A stretch of 64,000 nucleotides of DNA from Pseudomonadales bacterium (GCA_019090315.1 JAHRWD010000087.1:35925-99924), one strand, 5' to 3'; positions 1 through 10,790 are shown, counted from the first letter of the stretch. Program-made: numbers and translations. The notes: a model not told the origin generated them from the letters alone.

Positions 1-291
1 GTACCCGTAAGCTGTAGTCGGTATAGCGGGTTAATTGCATGATAGGTTACGCTAGATAGTCAAGTTGGCAATCTGAACAATTCTATTCCCATACCTGCCG
101 TACGTACAGAAACATTAGGCAGGCGATAGCTTCCAGTAGAGGAGCTATGATCAAAATTGCGTACGTCGTTACAGAGGATTTCGCAGTCCTGGTGCTTTCG
201 ATGCCCCACGGAAAACTTAGCCAGCCATCGCCACTGATTGCCAGCAGCCTGATATCTGCAGTTGAGGTTTACCACTGAGAACCGTCTAACT

Positions 292-768
292 TTAACCTTG
301 TAATAGCAGGGTTAGATTAACCCTTCCCTCATTTAATTTTTCTGCTGAAAACTTTGAAACCAGAACTCCATGCTTTATTTTTAGCACCGAAATCCAGTTG
401 ATTGCGCTATTAAAAGAAACGTCACTCAAGCGTATTTCAACCTGATTGTTTTTCTTCGGCGTGATTTTTTTAAGTTTAATACCCTGCGCCGCCGCTGTTG
501 TTTCAATGGTGGTCAACATTGAATTTGATGACTTTTTACCAGACGCCCCTGAATTACTTACGGGACCCAGTGCTTTAATTTTTTCTGCACTCTGTTGCAT
601 CCACACCAGATCAGCCTGGGAGCGCTTTATTCGCTTTTCAAGCTGTTGATTGTCCTCCGAAATCGGCATCCACAAAAACGTAAACACCAGCAAAAAAAAC
701 ATCGATACGCCAAGCCCCGCTACAATTTTTTTATCGCGCTCGGTGAGGCTTAAAAACCAGTTTTTCAT
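292..768 (-). CDS. gspM: Type II secretion system protein M
   Basis: 158 aa with one N-terminal TM helix (IVAGLGVSMFFLLVFTFLW). It is the last gene of a contiguous gspC-M block. Its start overlaps the gspL stop by 4 nt (765-768). Confidence 0.8.
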   Translation of the reverse strand: MKNWFLSLTERDKKIVAGLGVSMFFLLVFTFLWMPISEDNQQLEKRIKRSQADLVWMQQSAEKIKALGPVSNSGASGKKSSNSMLTTIETTAAAQGIKLKKITPKKNNQVEIRLSDVSFNSAINWISVLKIKHGVLVSKFSAEKLNEGRVNLTLLLQG

Positions 769-1982
769 GAAGAGGTCTCCAGTTTCACCCGGGCCATAAC
801 ACGGCCTGACTCTTTATTTGCGCTTAACACTTTAGTTCTAATCCCGTTAGCAGCCATTTTTTCCCTGAATTGTTCAACCACCTGAAGACTATCGGTTTCG
901 AACTTCAATTCCATTCCATTTTTTTGGTAGCGAATTTGCACCAGTTCAATTTTGCTGTTTTGCGCGGATACCTTTGCCAACAGTTCCAGGTATTTAAATA
1001 CCCCGCCAGCACCTGCATTCAAGCCCTGCAATTTCTTTAGCTGGCCTTTCATTTGTACTTTTGGATCTACGATCCGCTTGCTATTGGGAAAGGTTGATTT
1101 ATAGATGCCCGTCATCTGTTGTTGAAGCTGTTGATACTGGCTTTCAAGCCGGGAATTTTGATACCAGAGCAGTGAGCTATATCCCACTACCAACAACAGA
1201 GCGATGGATGCGGCTACGGCAGCCCATTTCCCGTACAAACCACCATTTTTCTTCTTGCCAAATTCGCCCTGCAGCAGATCAATGGGCAGCGCATTTTTTT
1301 GCTGGCTAAATTGCTCCGCTAAAAACTGGAACCGTGATGGTGCCGTCTGTGCAGTAATTTTCCGATCGGCAAAGTTACTGCTAAACGGAAACAGATCTAA
1401 CTCCCCTTGATGAAAAACATGCAGCGACTGCTCGGCTTCGATATCCGCTTCTGAATCAGGTAAAGCCGCTAACAGGCTGATGAGCTGATCACGGTCACAG
1501 GCAAAGGCGGTATCGAGATCAGTACGCGCCAACGCGGTTTGATCATCGCACCAAACCACCCATCGATTTTGTTCATAGCCCAGCAGCTGGGTATCAATCA
1601 ATGCCTGGTCCGGCTGAATCTGCACTTCAGACAACGCGTCGAGCCACTGCTGAAGCAGTGCTTTCGCAATCACCGCGACCTGAAGTTGATCCGACTTAAG
1701 CGTACCAATGGCAAAGTGTAGCAACTCCGCATCTTCGAGTAACTGCTCCTCAAACAGGTAGGGCAGCGCCTGGCGAATTTTTTGCTGATTGCGGGTGGGC
1801 ATCGCTGCATTCAGCAGCAATACGTCAAGACCAGAAAATACCAGCGTAATTTCGGTATCTTCCTCAATCGATAGATCCGCCAGTGTACCAGCATGTTGAG
1901 CAGTACTGAGTTCACCTTTCAGAGCCCACACCAGTGGATCCGAAGGCAGACCAGAGCAATCAATAAATAGCTGTTGCGACAC
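765..1982 (-). CDS. gspL: Type II secretion system protein L
   Basis: Lies between gspK and gspM and has a central TM segment (WAAVAASIALLLVVGYSSLLW). The ORF-track ATG at 2027 would overlap gspK by 68 nt, so the in-frame GTG at 1982 is preferred. The start is uncertain. Confidence 0.75.
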   Translation of the reverse strand: MSQQLFIDCSGLPSDPLVWALKGELSTAQHAGTLADLSIEEDTEITLVFSGLDVLLLNAAMPTRNQQKIRQALPYLFEEQLLEDAELLHFAIGTLKSDQLQVAVIAKALLQQWLDALSEVQIQPDQALIDTQLLGYEQNRWVVWCDDQTALARTDLDTAFACDRDQLISLLAALPDSEADIEAEQSLHVFHQGELDLFPFSSNFADRKITAQTAPSRFQFLAEQFSQQKNALPIDLLQGEFGKKKNGGLYGKWAAVAASIALLLVVGYSSLLWYQNSRLESQYQQLQQQMTGIYKSTFPNSKRIVDPKVQMKGQLKKLQGLNAGAGGVFKYLELLAKVSAQNSKIELVQIRYQKNGMELKFETDSLQVVEQFREKMAANGIRTKVLSANKESGRVMARVKLETSS

Positions 1983-2976
1983 TGTAATAATCCCCTTGTG
2001 CTCGATTGACGATCCGCACTTTGTCATCCGACCCGCGATATAAAACGCTATGATTTTTAAGTAACACGGGTTTAAAACTACCCTGATAGTTCAATAGAAA
2101 ATATTCGCTCTGAACACTTAATAAAGTGCGGTCAATACTATCACTAAGACCGGTTATGCTCTGGTTGTTATCCGTTAACACCATCAAAAAATCATTTACC
2201 GAACTAAAACCATCTTCGATAGCTTGCTCAATTAATTGCTCAGTATCTGCACCCTGCATTTTTTCCGACAGCGCCCGCAAAAGTGGCTCGGTTACAAAAT
2301 TGATATTGATCAACGTCACTTTCTGGACATCATCCAGCACCGGCAGGGCAACCACCTGCCCAACCAGTATGCTAAGTATCTCCGGGGTAAAGCCACTCAT
2401 TGCGGCCAGTTCATCCGGACTGCTCATGGCTTGATTGGCGGGGCGATAGGGTGGCGTCAGCTCGCTGTACTCATCAGCCTCGGCCCCGTTGGGTATCGAA
2501 GGCTCATCATTTTTATCGAGCCAGTCAACCAGCGGCCAGACCAGATCTGGATCAAGCTCGAGGTTTTCCAGTAAGCGCTGAAAAATCTTGATCTGTTTAC
2601 TATCTGGCACTCCATTGACCACCAGGTTATTGATATTAAAGCGCCCGTGCATATCCTCAGCCACCAGCAACATCATTCCGCCATCCACCTCTAGTGGCGG
2701 CAATAGCGTCGCCCAGTCATCGCCAAAATCATCCCGATCATTCGCTTCAGCATCACGAATCAGCAATTCACGGCCCCACTCCTCAACGCTCATCACATAA
2801 TGAAACGCCCGATCACCCTGTAGCTGGTTTAACGTTCGACGAAACTGTATCTGCTGCTCACTGATAAGCTGGGTGGCCAGCAGCGCACAGATCGCCACAA
2901 TCAGCAGAACGGTTATCAGCGCTACGCCACGTTGTTTCCTGGCCAGCGGCTTTCGTGGCAAGCAGGTTATGCTCAT
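1960..2976 (-). CDS. gspK: Type II secretion minor pseudopilin K
   Basis: 338 aa with an N-terminal hydrophobic pseudopilin-like segment (QRGVALITVLLIVAICALLATQL). Sits in the conserved position after gspJ, with a 4-nt overlap. Confidence 0.8.
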   Translation of the reverse strand: MSITCLPRKPLARKQRGVALITVLLIVAICALLATQLISEQQIQFRRTLNQLQGDRAFHYVMSVEEWGRELLIRDAEANDRDDFGDDWATLLPPLEVDGGMMLLVAEDMHGRFNINNLVVNGVPDSKQIKIFQRLLENLELDPDLVWPLVDWLDKNDEPSIPNGAEADEYSELTPPYRPANQAMSSPDELAAMSGFTPEILSILVGQVVALPVLDDVQKVTLININFVTEPLLRALSEKMQGADTEQLIEQAIEDGFSSVNDFLMVLTDNNQSITGLSDSIDRTLLSVQSEYFLLNYQGSFKPVLLKNHSVLYRGSDDKVRIVNRAQGDYYSVATAIY

Positions 2977-3605
2977 CGAATTAACTCCAGCACACGTTTA
3001 ACGCTACCCAGCTCGGCGACGCGCAACTCAATCTCCAGTGCCTGGGGCAGTTCGGTTAGCGGCATATCGGTAGTAGGCCAGTAGCTTATCCAGCGCTGTT
3101 CGGAATCAAGTGCTCGTATCTGAAACTCCAATACCCCTTTTACAAGCGGCATATCGTAGAAGCTATCTTCATCCACCGCATCCAGCACCAGCCAGCGTCG
3201 TTTGATCAGCACTTCATCCTCTACAAAAAATTCTACCCGACTAACGGTACCCCTGGGGGAGGCCAGAGGGTTTGCCCAACCGGCGGTACTCAGTACTAAC
3301 CGTGCCGGATCTGAGCTCTCCAGTATCAACGCGCCTTCCTGTTCGCCATAGGTATTGATGATGGTGCGTGATCGTGCCTGCTGTAGATCCCTGGTCAACA
3401 TATTGATGGAACGCCGCAGTGCATCAAATTTTTCATTATGGCTGCTGAGCTTGCGATGACTGTTGATCACCGAGTTCAGTACCTGATAACTGCCCACCGA
3501 TAAAATCGAAAATAGAACGATCGCTATCATCAGTTCAACAAGAGTAAAGCCTGCTGAACGGTGATTACGCATCAGCTGGTGCGTCTGAGGACGATACCGA
3601 GCCAT
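2973..3605 (-). CDS. gspJ: Type II secretion minor pseudopilin J
   Basis: Prepilin-type motif SAGFTLVELMIAIVLF. The start was trimmed from the ORF-track 3731 to the ATG at 3605 (MARYRP...). The longer frame would run through gspI. Confidence 0.8.
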   Translation of the reverse strand: MARYRPQTHQLMRNHRSAGFTLVELMIAIVLFSILSVGSYQVLNSVINSHRKLSSHNEKFDALRRSINMLTRDLQQARSRTIINTYGEQEGALILESSDPARLVLSTAGWANPLASPRGTVSRVEFFVEDEVLIKRRWLVLDAVDEDSFYDMPLVKGVLEFQIRALDSEQRWISYWPTTDMPLTELPQALEIELRVAELGSVKRVLELIR

Positions 3606-4024
3606 CAACGATTCCTTCCGGTAAATATGGTAATACCGCCCTGCTCTTTGTCGGCCTGGTTGTAGACGGTGATATCTATCCTGCGCAGATCCGGATCCGG
3701 TGTGCCGCTGGTCAGTGCCTGCCAGTTCCATTGCTGGTCCAGCATTTCGGTATCACCCTTCTTTGAACCGATTGAAGACCAGGTCGGAGTCAGGCGGATC
3801 TCTGTTGCTACATTCAGCGCTACCCAGTGAGCAACGGTTTTTTCCTCCATCACCTGAGCGCTGACCAGCTGTGCGTTAACCGCCTTTAAAATAGCAGTCA
3901 GCGCTATACCCGCAACCGCCAGCGCCACCAACACCTCAATCAAGGTGAAACCACGATTACGAAACCGCATCGGTTTTTTGTGCGGTCTGGTTACGCCTGA
4001 TTTCAGCGGGGCAGCATTATTCAT
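3605..4024 (-). CDS. gspI: Type II secretion minor pseudopilin I
   Basis: Prepilin motif NRGFTLIEVLVALAV. An alternative shorter start (MRFRNRG-F, at 3970) would give a more typical leader. Confidence 0.8.
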   Translation of the reverse strand: MNNAAPLKSGVTRPHKKPMRFRNRGFTLIEVLVALAVAGIALTAILKAVNAQLVSAQVMEEKTVAHWVALNVATEIRLTPTWSSIGSKKGDTEMLDQQWNWQALTSGTPDPDLRRIDITVYNQADKEQGGITIFTGRNR

Positions 4025-4541
4025 TGTCTGGATCGATCCGGCTTAGACTAAGATCCGCATACTGGTTTTCCAGCCGGAAACGAACCGGCTCTAGCTCAGT
4101 TTTATCAAAAAAATCCAGCCTAAAGCTGGTTATCTCACCACTGGGTAAAAACAGTAACTGCGGGTGTTCAGCGGATTCCAGTAGTTCAACCGCTCGCCCC
4201 TCTACTTCGAATTCAGAGCTGATCCATGGCTGGATCGAATTGGGTTTTAACAGTCGATCATCCGCCACAGCAACCCATTTACCCTCTGCCAGCTGCATGA
4301 ATTGATACTCGGTTTCATTCAGCCGCCAGGCCAGTAACTTGCCGTTCAATACCGCTTCATCTGAGGCCAGTCGCATCAGACTAATAAGCCGTATGGCAAA
4401 TTGATGGGTCTCGCGATCCCGGTTTTGAATGCCACTGCTGAGCGTCACCAGCGAGATCATCACCCCCATGATGACCAGCACTACCATCAGCTCTATCAGC
4501 GTAAAACCTGCTGCTTTCCGGCGTTTTGGCGGGGAAACCAT
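4017..4541 (-). CDS. gspH: Type II secretion minor pseudopilin H
   Basis: Prepilin motif AAGFTLIELMVVLVIMG. 174 aa, in the expected position between gspG and gspI. Confidence 0.8.
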   Translation of the reverse strand: MVSPPKRRKAAGFTLIELMVVLVIMGVMISLVTLSSGIQNRDRETHQFAIRLISLMRLASDEAVLNGKLLAWRLNETEYQFMQLAEGKWVAVADDRLLKPNSIQPWISSEFEVEGRAVELLESAEHPQLLFLPSGEITSFRLDFFDKTELEPVRFRLENQYADLSLSRIDPDNE

Positions 4542-4575
4542 CTCAAGTATTTACCAGTCGACAAACACCCGACAA

Positions 4576-5013
4576 TCAGGGTGACCAGTTGCCGATATCG
4601 GCATTCGCATCTTCACCGCCGGACTGGCCATCAGCCCCCAAACTGTAGAGATCAAAGTCACCCTTCTCACCCGGGCTCAAATAGAGATAAGGTCGATTCC
4701 AGGGATCATTTGGCAAGCTTTTGATGTAGCCACCTTTATTCCAGTTTGAAGGCTCCGGGTCGCCACTGGGCTTCTCTACCAGTGCCTCCAGCCCTTGCTC
4801 AGTACTGGGGTATACAAAATTATCGAGCCGATATTGATTCAGCACACCCTCCAGTGACTGAATATCCAACCGTGCTTTGGTAATTCGAGCGGTATCCGGA
4901 CGATCCATAATCCGCGGCACCACTACCGAGGCGAGGATGCCCAGAATCACCACAACCACCATGATTTCGATCAGCGTAAAACCGCCCTGTGTTTTGTTTT
5001 TTCTAGCTCGCAT
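4576..5013 (-). CDS. gspG: Type II secretion major pseudopilin G
   Basis: 145 aa. Leader plus QGGFTLIEIMVVVVILGILA, and a typical GspG body (RLDNFVYPSTEQGLEALV...PWNRPYLYLSPG). Confidence 0.92.
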   Translation of the reverse strand: MRARKNKTQGGFTLIEIMVVVVILGILASVVVPRIMDRPDTARITKARLDIQSLEGVLNQYRLDNFVYPSTEQGLEALVEKPSGDPEPSNWNKGGYIKSLPNDPWNRPYLYLSPGEKGDFDLYSLGADGQSGGEDANADIGNWSP

Positions 5014-5060
5014 ATTGTTTTCTCTTACCTGTTATTCGAAAACCAACGGCGGCAAATCCG

Positions 5061-6335
5061 TTAGCTCACCATCTGATTTAGTTCAAAAATCGGCATCATA
5101 ATGGCCAGTACAATCATCATCACCAGGCCACCCATCAGCAGGATTAATACCGGCTCAAGAATCGCCAAAAATGTGCTTATCCAGCTTTCCAGATCTCGCT
5201 CCTGATTCTCCGCCGCTTTAAATAGCATATCTCCAAGTGCACCGCTGGCTTCACCGCTGGCGATCAGATGCAGCGTCATAGGCGGGAAATAATCGGTTTT
5301 AGTAAGTGCATAGGAGAGGCTGGCACCCTCACGGATACGGCCTGAAGCTTCCTCTATGCTCGCCCGCATCGGGATATTGGATAACACTTCGGAGCTAATT
5401 CGCATCGCATCCAGCATCGGTACGCCACTGGCCAACAGGGTTGCCTGGGTACGGCAAAACACTGCGCAGTTGCTGATTTTCAACCACTGCCCTACTAACG
5501 GAATTTTAAGCATCAACGTATGCCATCGCTGTTTTGGTCCGGGCTTATTCAGAATCCAGCGAACCAGCGCACCCAGCAGTACCAATACGATCAACAGCAC
5601 AAAACCATACACCTGCAGGAAATCGCTGGCGGAGATCAGCACCCTGGTTAACAGGGGCAATTCCTGGTCGATCCCGGCAAACACTTCTATAACCTGGGGT
5701 ACCACGTAGGTCAACATCCCCACCACAACCATCACCGCTACGACCGTTAAAATGATGGGGTACAGCATGGCGTTGGAAACTGTCTGGCGTATTTTTTGAC
5801 CGTTTTCGGTGTAATCAGCCAACCGATCCAGTACCCCCGCCAGATCACCGGACTGCTCGCCGGCTCGTACTGTGGCGACATAATCCTGTTTGAACACTTT
5901 GGGGAAATTTGACATCGCCTGGGCCAAACTTTGGCCTTCCACAACCTGTGCGCGGACACTGGTCATCACCTTTTTGACGCGATCTTTTCCGCTCTGACTG
6001 ACCACCGTAGCGAGTGATTCATCAAGGGGTAGCGCAGCACGGGTAAGGGTCGCGAGCTGTCGTGTTATCAGTGCCAGCTCTTTAATGCTAATGGTGGGAT
6101 TAAACAGGTTTTTCGATTGAGCCTGTTGCTTTTTCTCGCTCTTATCCGCCGCTGGCTGAGTGGAATCCACCGATGTTTTAGTGCGGCGAACTTTACCCAG
6201 TACCTCATGCACCTCCAGCGGTGTCCAGCCTCGGTCCCGTAGCTGTTGGCGTACATGACGAGCGGTATCTCCCTCATCAACGCCCTTCTTTTGGCGTCCC
6301 GATGAATCTAGCGCTACGTAGTGATAAGCCGCCAT
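5061..6335 (-). CDS. gspF: Type II secretion inner-membrane platform protein F
   Basis: 424 aa with a duplicated T2SS-F architecture and three hydrophobic segments. Flanked by gspE and gspG. Confidence 0.9.
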   Translation of the reverse strand: MAAYHYVALDSSGRQKKGVDEGDTARHVRQQLRDRGWTPLEVHEVLGKVRRTKTSVDSTQPAADKSEKKQQAQSKNLFNPTISIKELALITRQLATLTRAALPLDESLATVVSQSGKDRVKKVMTSVRAQVVEGQSLAQAMSNFPKVFKQDYVATVRAGEQSGDLAGVLDRLADYTENGQKIRQTVSNAMLYPIILTVVAVMVVVGMLTYVVPQVIEVFAGIDQELPLLTRVLISASDFLQVYGFVLLIVLVLLGALVRWILNKPGPKQRWHTLMLKIPLVGQWLKISNCAVFCRTQATLLASGVPMLDAMRISSEVLSNIPMRASIEEASGRIREGASLSYALTKTDYFPPMTLHLIASGEASGALGDMLFKAAENQERDLESWISTFLAILEPVLILLMGGLVMMIVLAIMMPIFELNQMVS

Positions 6336-6339
6336 CTAA

Positions 6340-7818
6340 TCAACTTTCCCGGGTCACGCGTATTATTTCGTCAATCGTGGTATCTCCAGACAATACCGAT
6401 GCGGCACCGGAGGTTCGGATGCTTTGGGTTTGCTGTCTGGCAAGTTTTTCCAGCTCGATTTCACCCGCGCCGTTATGAATCGCTTCGCGCATGGTGTTAT
6501 CCACTTCAACCAGTTCAAAAATACCGATTCGGCCTGAAAAACCGGTTTGGTAGCAGTGCTCACAGCCGATAGCCCGGTACAGAGTCGGCGCTGGCACCGA
6601 GTCTGTCTCAAGCAGATCACAGCTAGCCTGATCAGCCTGATAGGGTTCTTTGCAGTGGATACAGAGTTTACGCACCAGCCGCTGCGCCAGCACGCCTAGC
6701 AGGCTCGACGCCAGCATAAAGGGCTCTACACCCATGTCACGAAGCCGGGTCACTGCACCCACGGCGGTATTGGTATGCAGGGTTGAAAGTACAAGGTGAC
6801 CGGTCAAACTGGCCTGTACCGCCACTTCAGCGGTTTCGACGTCCCGGATCTCACCAACCATTACGATATCCGGATCCTGCCGCAATATAGCCCGTAAGCC
6901 ACGGGCAAAATTCATATCAATTTTGGTGTTGACCGCGGTCTGGCTGACCCCATCAATAAAATATTCGACCGGATCCTCAACCGTCATAATGCTACGATCC
7001 GATTGATTCAGCAGCGATAATGCTGAATACAGGGTGGTGCTTTTACCCGAACCGGTTGGCCCGGTGACAAGAAAAACCCCATGGGGATGATGGATTATTT
7101 TGTCCAGACGTTGCCGATCGTGGTCACTCAAACCCAGTGTTTTGAGGTCTAGCCGGCCATTCTCTTTTTCAAGTAGACGCAATACCACCCGTTCGCCGTG
7201 GCCGCTGGGTAGTGTTGAAACCCGCACATCAACCGCGCGACCCGCCAGCCGGAGGGATATTCGCCCATCCTGGGGCAGTCGTTTCTCGGCAATATCAAGT
7301 TTTGCCATTACTTTAATACGGGAGACCACAGGAGAGACCAGCGCTTTTTTAGGTGCCAACATTTCCCGCAACATGCCATCAATGCGGAACCGTACCCGCA
7401 TTCGATTTTCAAATGGTTCGATATGAATATCAGAAGCACCCTGGCGAATCGCTTCACTTAGAATGGCGTTGATCAGGCGAATAATCGGGGCATCGTCATC
7501 GCTTTCCATCAGATCTTCCGGTTCCGGGATCAGCTCGCTGAGATCCTCGAAATCCTGGGTATCTGCGGAAAGACCATCCATCTCCTCCATAACTGCGGAG
7601 GAACCTCCTTCATACTGTTGCTGCAACTGGGCGTTAAAGCGATTGGAATCAACTTTTTCAACCCGCAGAGGAACACCCATAAAGCGCCGTAGTTCAATCA
7701 ACGATATCGGGTCCGAGACTTCCGACTGTATCACCTGCGCATAACCGTCCTGCTGGGCAACCACCAATACGCCGTTACGTTTGGAGAATGCGAAAGGAAT
7801 GTCAGATCGGTGGTTCAT
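6340..7818 (-). CDS. gspE: Type II secretion ATPase E
   Basis: Walker A motif GPTGSGKST. Tetracysteine motif CIHC...CEHC. The Asp/His box region is typical of GspE/PilB ATPases. Confidence 0.95.
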   Translation of the reverse strand: MNHRSDIPFAFSKRNGVLVVAQQDGYAQVIQSEVSDPISLIELRRFMGVPLRVEKVDSNRFNAQLQQQYEGGSSAVMEEMDGLSADTQDFEDLSELIPEPEDLMESDDDAPIIRLINAILSEAIRQGASDIHIEPFENRMRVRFRIDGMLREMLAPKKALVSPVVSRIKVMAKLDIAEKRLPQDGRISLRLAGRAVDVRVSTLPSGHGERVVLRLLEKENGRLDLKTLGLSDHDRQRLDKIIHHPHGVFLVTGPTGSGKSTTLYSALSLLNQSDRSIMTVEDPVEYFIDGVSQTAVNTKIDMNFARGLRAILRQDPDIVMVGEIRDVETAEVAVQASLTGHLVLSTLHTNTAVGAVTRLRDMGVEPFMLASSLLGVLAQRLVRKLCIHCKEPYQADQASCDLLETDSVPAPTLYRAIGCEHCYQTGFSGRIGIFELVEVDNTMREAIHNGAGEIELEKLARQQTQSIRTSGAASVLSGDTTIDEIIRVTRES

Positions 7819-9821
7819 TGCGCTGCGGATTCAGCTGTATCCAGCTCAGATTTGGGATCGGATTCTGGTACAGAATCACTATTTTCATCCTGCTGACGTC
7901 GCAATTTCTGATAATTAAGTTGCTTCCCTGATTCAGGGGTTATCAGCTCAAGTTCAGGCAACAGCGGATATTCAAATGCCGGATCTCGGGTAGGGTCTGA
8001 TTCTTTTCGTTCAAACTGGCGGTTGCGAATCTCCTGATAGTTCGATTGCATAATGGCCCTGCTACCCTCCTGATCCCGGATAATACTAGGACGGAAAAAC
8101 ACCATCATCATTCTCTTCGAAATCTCGGTGCTGGTGCTTCTGAACAGCGCACCGATATAGGGAATTTTGCTGAGGTAAGGTATACCGGATATCGATTCGG
8201 TGACTCGATCATCAATCAATCCACCCAGCGAAACAATTTCACCGTCATCAATCACTACCGTAGTGGTAATCAACCGCTTGTTGGTCACCAGGTCGGATGC
8301 ACCCTCAACCGAAGGGCTCAGGCTTGAAACCTCAAGACTGATCTCAAGCGTCACAACATCTCCTTCATTGATATGGGGCTTAATTTTCAGGGTTAGTCCA
8401 ACATCCTCTCGCTCAATCGTTTGAAAAGGGTTGGTAGAATCAGTACCGCTATCCGTATATGTACCCGTCACAAAGGGTACGTTTTTACCCACCACGATCT
8501 CAGCTTCATTGTTGTCCAGGGTAAAGAGTGAGGGGGTCGAGAGAATATTGGTATCCGCATCGGATTCCAGCGCTTTGAACATCAGTGCAAAATTTTCGCT
8601 AGCACCCAAAAACGTGAGCCCATCCCCGACAATCGGTAATGCTTCGGCTGCCCCGGCAAGTGCACCGCTAATCGAAGTACCGGTATTGGATGAACGACTA
8701 ACAAAGCTACCATGGTCACCAGTGCCCGCCATCTGAACCCCCAAATCCCTGGCTTTAGTGGCATCGAGGTCAACAATAATCGCCTCTACCATCACCTGAG
8801 CTCTACGGATATCGAGTTTTTCAATGATCGACAACAGCGCCTTATGTTGATCCGGACTGGCTGAAATAATCAGTGAATTGGTAGCTTCATCAGCCTGAAT
8901 ATTAGCGGGTGTTACGGTTACGCCTGCTTTTCTATTGCCCTGTTTTATCTTGGCATTGATCGTTTTATCCAGAATCGGTGCCATCTCTTTAGCGATTGCA
9001 TGATTCAAAAAAACCACTCGATCGTTGGTCTTCAGTTCTATCGGTTCATCAAGCTGCTGAATAATCGAACGCATCACCACTCGTTTTGCAGGGTCGCCAG
9101 ATAACAGCACGCTGTTGGTTCTTTCATCCGCCACCGCAAGCACCGCCGCGGCGCCTTTCTCTTTACCCGTCTGCAGGCTCTTCAGCAGTTGTACCACTTT
9201 GGTAGCGCTGGCTTTTTTAAGTTGAACCACTTCTATACTGCTATTAGTCGGCTTATCAATTGACTCAACGATACGCCCAAGCCGAGCAATATTGGCCGCG
9301 GAATCAGAGATGATCAGCGCATTTGCCGGGATATACGCCGCCATATGCCCTTCCTTTGGTACAAGCGGTCTGAGTACCGGTATTAACTTGGCCGCAGAAA
9401 CATGCTCAAGGCGCAGTACTTTTGTGATTTTTTGAGCGCCATCATAATTACTGGAATCGGTTTCGATCGGTATAGAGCTTTGTTTCGCCATATTTTGCGG
9501 AACAATTTTTACGATGCCATCGTTTTCGATAGCCGCATAACCATGCACCTCAAGGATCGATAAAAACACATCGTACAGTGCATCCCCATCCAGCGGGATA
9601 CTCGAAATAACCGTGACTTTGCCCTTCACCCGAGGATCAACCAGGAAGTTCTTTCCGGTCGCTTCACTGATGGTGGCGATCACCGTGCGAATCTCGGCAT
9701 CCACCAAATTGAGGGTGACAGTCTCAGCACTGGCAAAACGTCCGCCTAACATGCAGATCCAGACCATGGTCGCCAACAGGCAACTAAATTTGAATCTCTG
9801 GCGTATAACTCGGTGAATCAT
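7815..9821 (-). CDS. gspD: Type II secretion secretin D
   Basis: Signal peptide begins at MIHRVIRQRFKFSCLL...ASA-ETV. The C-terminal secretin motif is GIPYLSKIPYIGALFR. The start was trimmed from the ORF-track 9935 to the ATG at 9821 that precedes the signal peptide. Confidence 0.92.
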   Translation of the reverse strand: MIHRVIRQRFKFSCLLATMVWICMLGGRFASAETVTLNLVDAEIRTVIATISEATGKNFLVDPRVKGKVTVISSIPLDGDALYDVFLSILEVHGYAAIENDGIVKIVPQNMAKQSSIPIETDSSNYDGAQKITKVLRLEHVSAAKLIPVLRPLVPKEGHMAAYIPANALIISDSAANIARLGRIVESIDKPTNSSIEVVQLKKASATKVVQLLKSLQTGKEKGAAAVLAVADERTNSVLLSGDPAKRVVMRSIIQQLDEPIELKTNDRVVFLNHAIAKEMAPILDKTINAKIKQGNRKAGVTVTPANIQADEATNSLIISASPDQHKALLSIIEKLDIRRAQVMVEAIIVDLDATKARDLGVQMAGTGDHGSFVSRSSNTGTSISGALAGAAEALPIVGDGLTFLGASENFALMFKALESDADTNILSTPSLFTLDNNEAEIVVGKNVPFVTGTYTDSGTDSTNPFQTIEREDVGLTLKIKPHINEGDVVTLEISLEVSSLSPSVEGASDLVTNKRLITTTVVIDDGEIVSLGGLIDDRVTESISGIPYLSKIPYIGALFRSTSTEISKRMMMVFFRPSIIRDQEGSRAIMQSNYQEIRNRQFERKESDPTRDPAFEYPLLPELELITPESGKQLNYQKLRRQQDENSDSVPESDPKSELDTAESAAQ

Positions 9822-9935
9822 AATAAAGCCTTTCAACAACAGGTCGATGGTAACAAAGGTACCGTAATTCGGATTATATTGGGCAGGGAAAAAACCCCGA
9901 TACAGCTTAATTGTAGGCGCAAATCGTTCTTCCAC

Positions 9936-10790
9936 TTATGGGATCGGCAATGAAAGTATGATCGGTTGTCCACCACGCTCTATCTCAACCGTGAGTTCAC
10001 CGCTGGCCACTACATCATCCACCAGATTGTCATCCGCCATAAAATCATTAAGCGTCTTACCGTTAACAGAACGAACCAGATCACCCTCTCTGAGGCCAAC
10101 TCTCTGAAGCATTCTGCTATTTGCGCCACCGGCAAGTCGAAGACCACCGGCCTCATCATCTATAGACAGGCCATATTGGCCAAACGCCTTAACCGGGTCC
10201 TGATAGAAACTATCTTTACTGTTTTTTACCGCCTGCTGGGCAGTTGTCGCTTCCGGGTGATAGGTCAGCATATCTTTCGAGTTTTTCCCATCGCCGTTTT
10301 TACGTTTTTCCGGGAAGCTCAGGGTTTCCAGTCTGCCTGCTCTGCGCAGCAATACGTGATCCGCAAGAATATCCGCTACCACCACGTTCCCTGGCAACTC
10401 ATCTTCTTTTTTGTAGGAGCGCGCCGGTTTCCCCTTTTCTGCGATAAGTGCCCGAGTATCCTTATTGTCTGAACTGATAAAAATACCCCGTAGCTCAAAC
10501 TTAAGACGGGTCTCGGGTGCATCCACAACCGGTTTGGCGGCAACCGGATTTTTCACCAACTGATCATTTCCAAACAGATTGGCCGCAACGATTGTGCGAA
10601 CATTTCCATTCGGCTGTCGCGGTGATTTTTTACTAGTGGGTACCGCAACTATCGGTTGAAACTGACGCTGTGCTCGTTTTTCCGGCCCAGCCGGTTCAAG
10701 CCATTGCCAGATAAATGCACCCGCAAAATACGCAGCGACCACCAACGCCAACCAGACCAGGGAAAAAATCAGGTTCTTTTTAGTCAGCAT
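9936..10790 (-). CDS. gspC: Type II secretion protein C
   Basis: N-terminal TM (LIFSLVWLALVVAAYFAGAFIW). HR-like segment (LKFELRGIFISSDNKDTRALIAEKG...). C-terminal PDZ-like segment (GLREGDLVRSVNGKTLND). Sits directly upstream of gspD. Confidence 0.85.
   Translation of the reverse strand: MLTKKNLIFSLVWLALVVAAYFAGAFIWQWLEPAGPEKRAQRQFQPIVAVPTSKKSPRQPNGNVRTIVAANLFGNDQLVKNPVAAKPVVDAPETRLKFELRGIFISSDNKDTRALIAEKGKPARSYKKEDELPGNVVVADILADHVLLRRAGRLETLSFPEKRKNGDGKNSKDMLTYHPEATTAQQAVKNSKDSFYQDPVKAFGQYGLSIDDEAGGLRLAGGANSRMLQRVGLREGDLVRSVNGKTLNDFMADDNLVDDVVASGELTVEIERGGQPIILSLPIP

Noticed and set aside
60-275. 71-aa minus-strand ORF downstream of gspM, and possible RNA structure in 1-291.
   Set aside because: It has no RBS and no recognisable family. 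A few 6-bp hairpins (for example cctgcc...ggcagg) are not enough to call an ncRNA or a terminator.
9822-9935. N-terminal extensions in the ORF track for gspD, and likewise gspJ (3606-3731), glpK (14028-14087), the SDR (38100-38174), cynS (42593-42613) and the Sel1 protein (17628-17696).
   Set aside because: The extensions precede obvious signal peptides or conserved N-termini, or run deep into the upstream gene. Internal ATG starts give canonical proteins.
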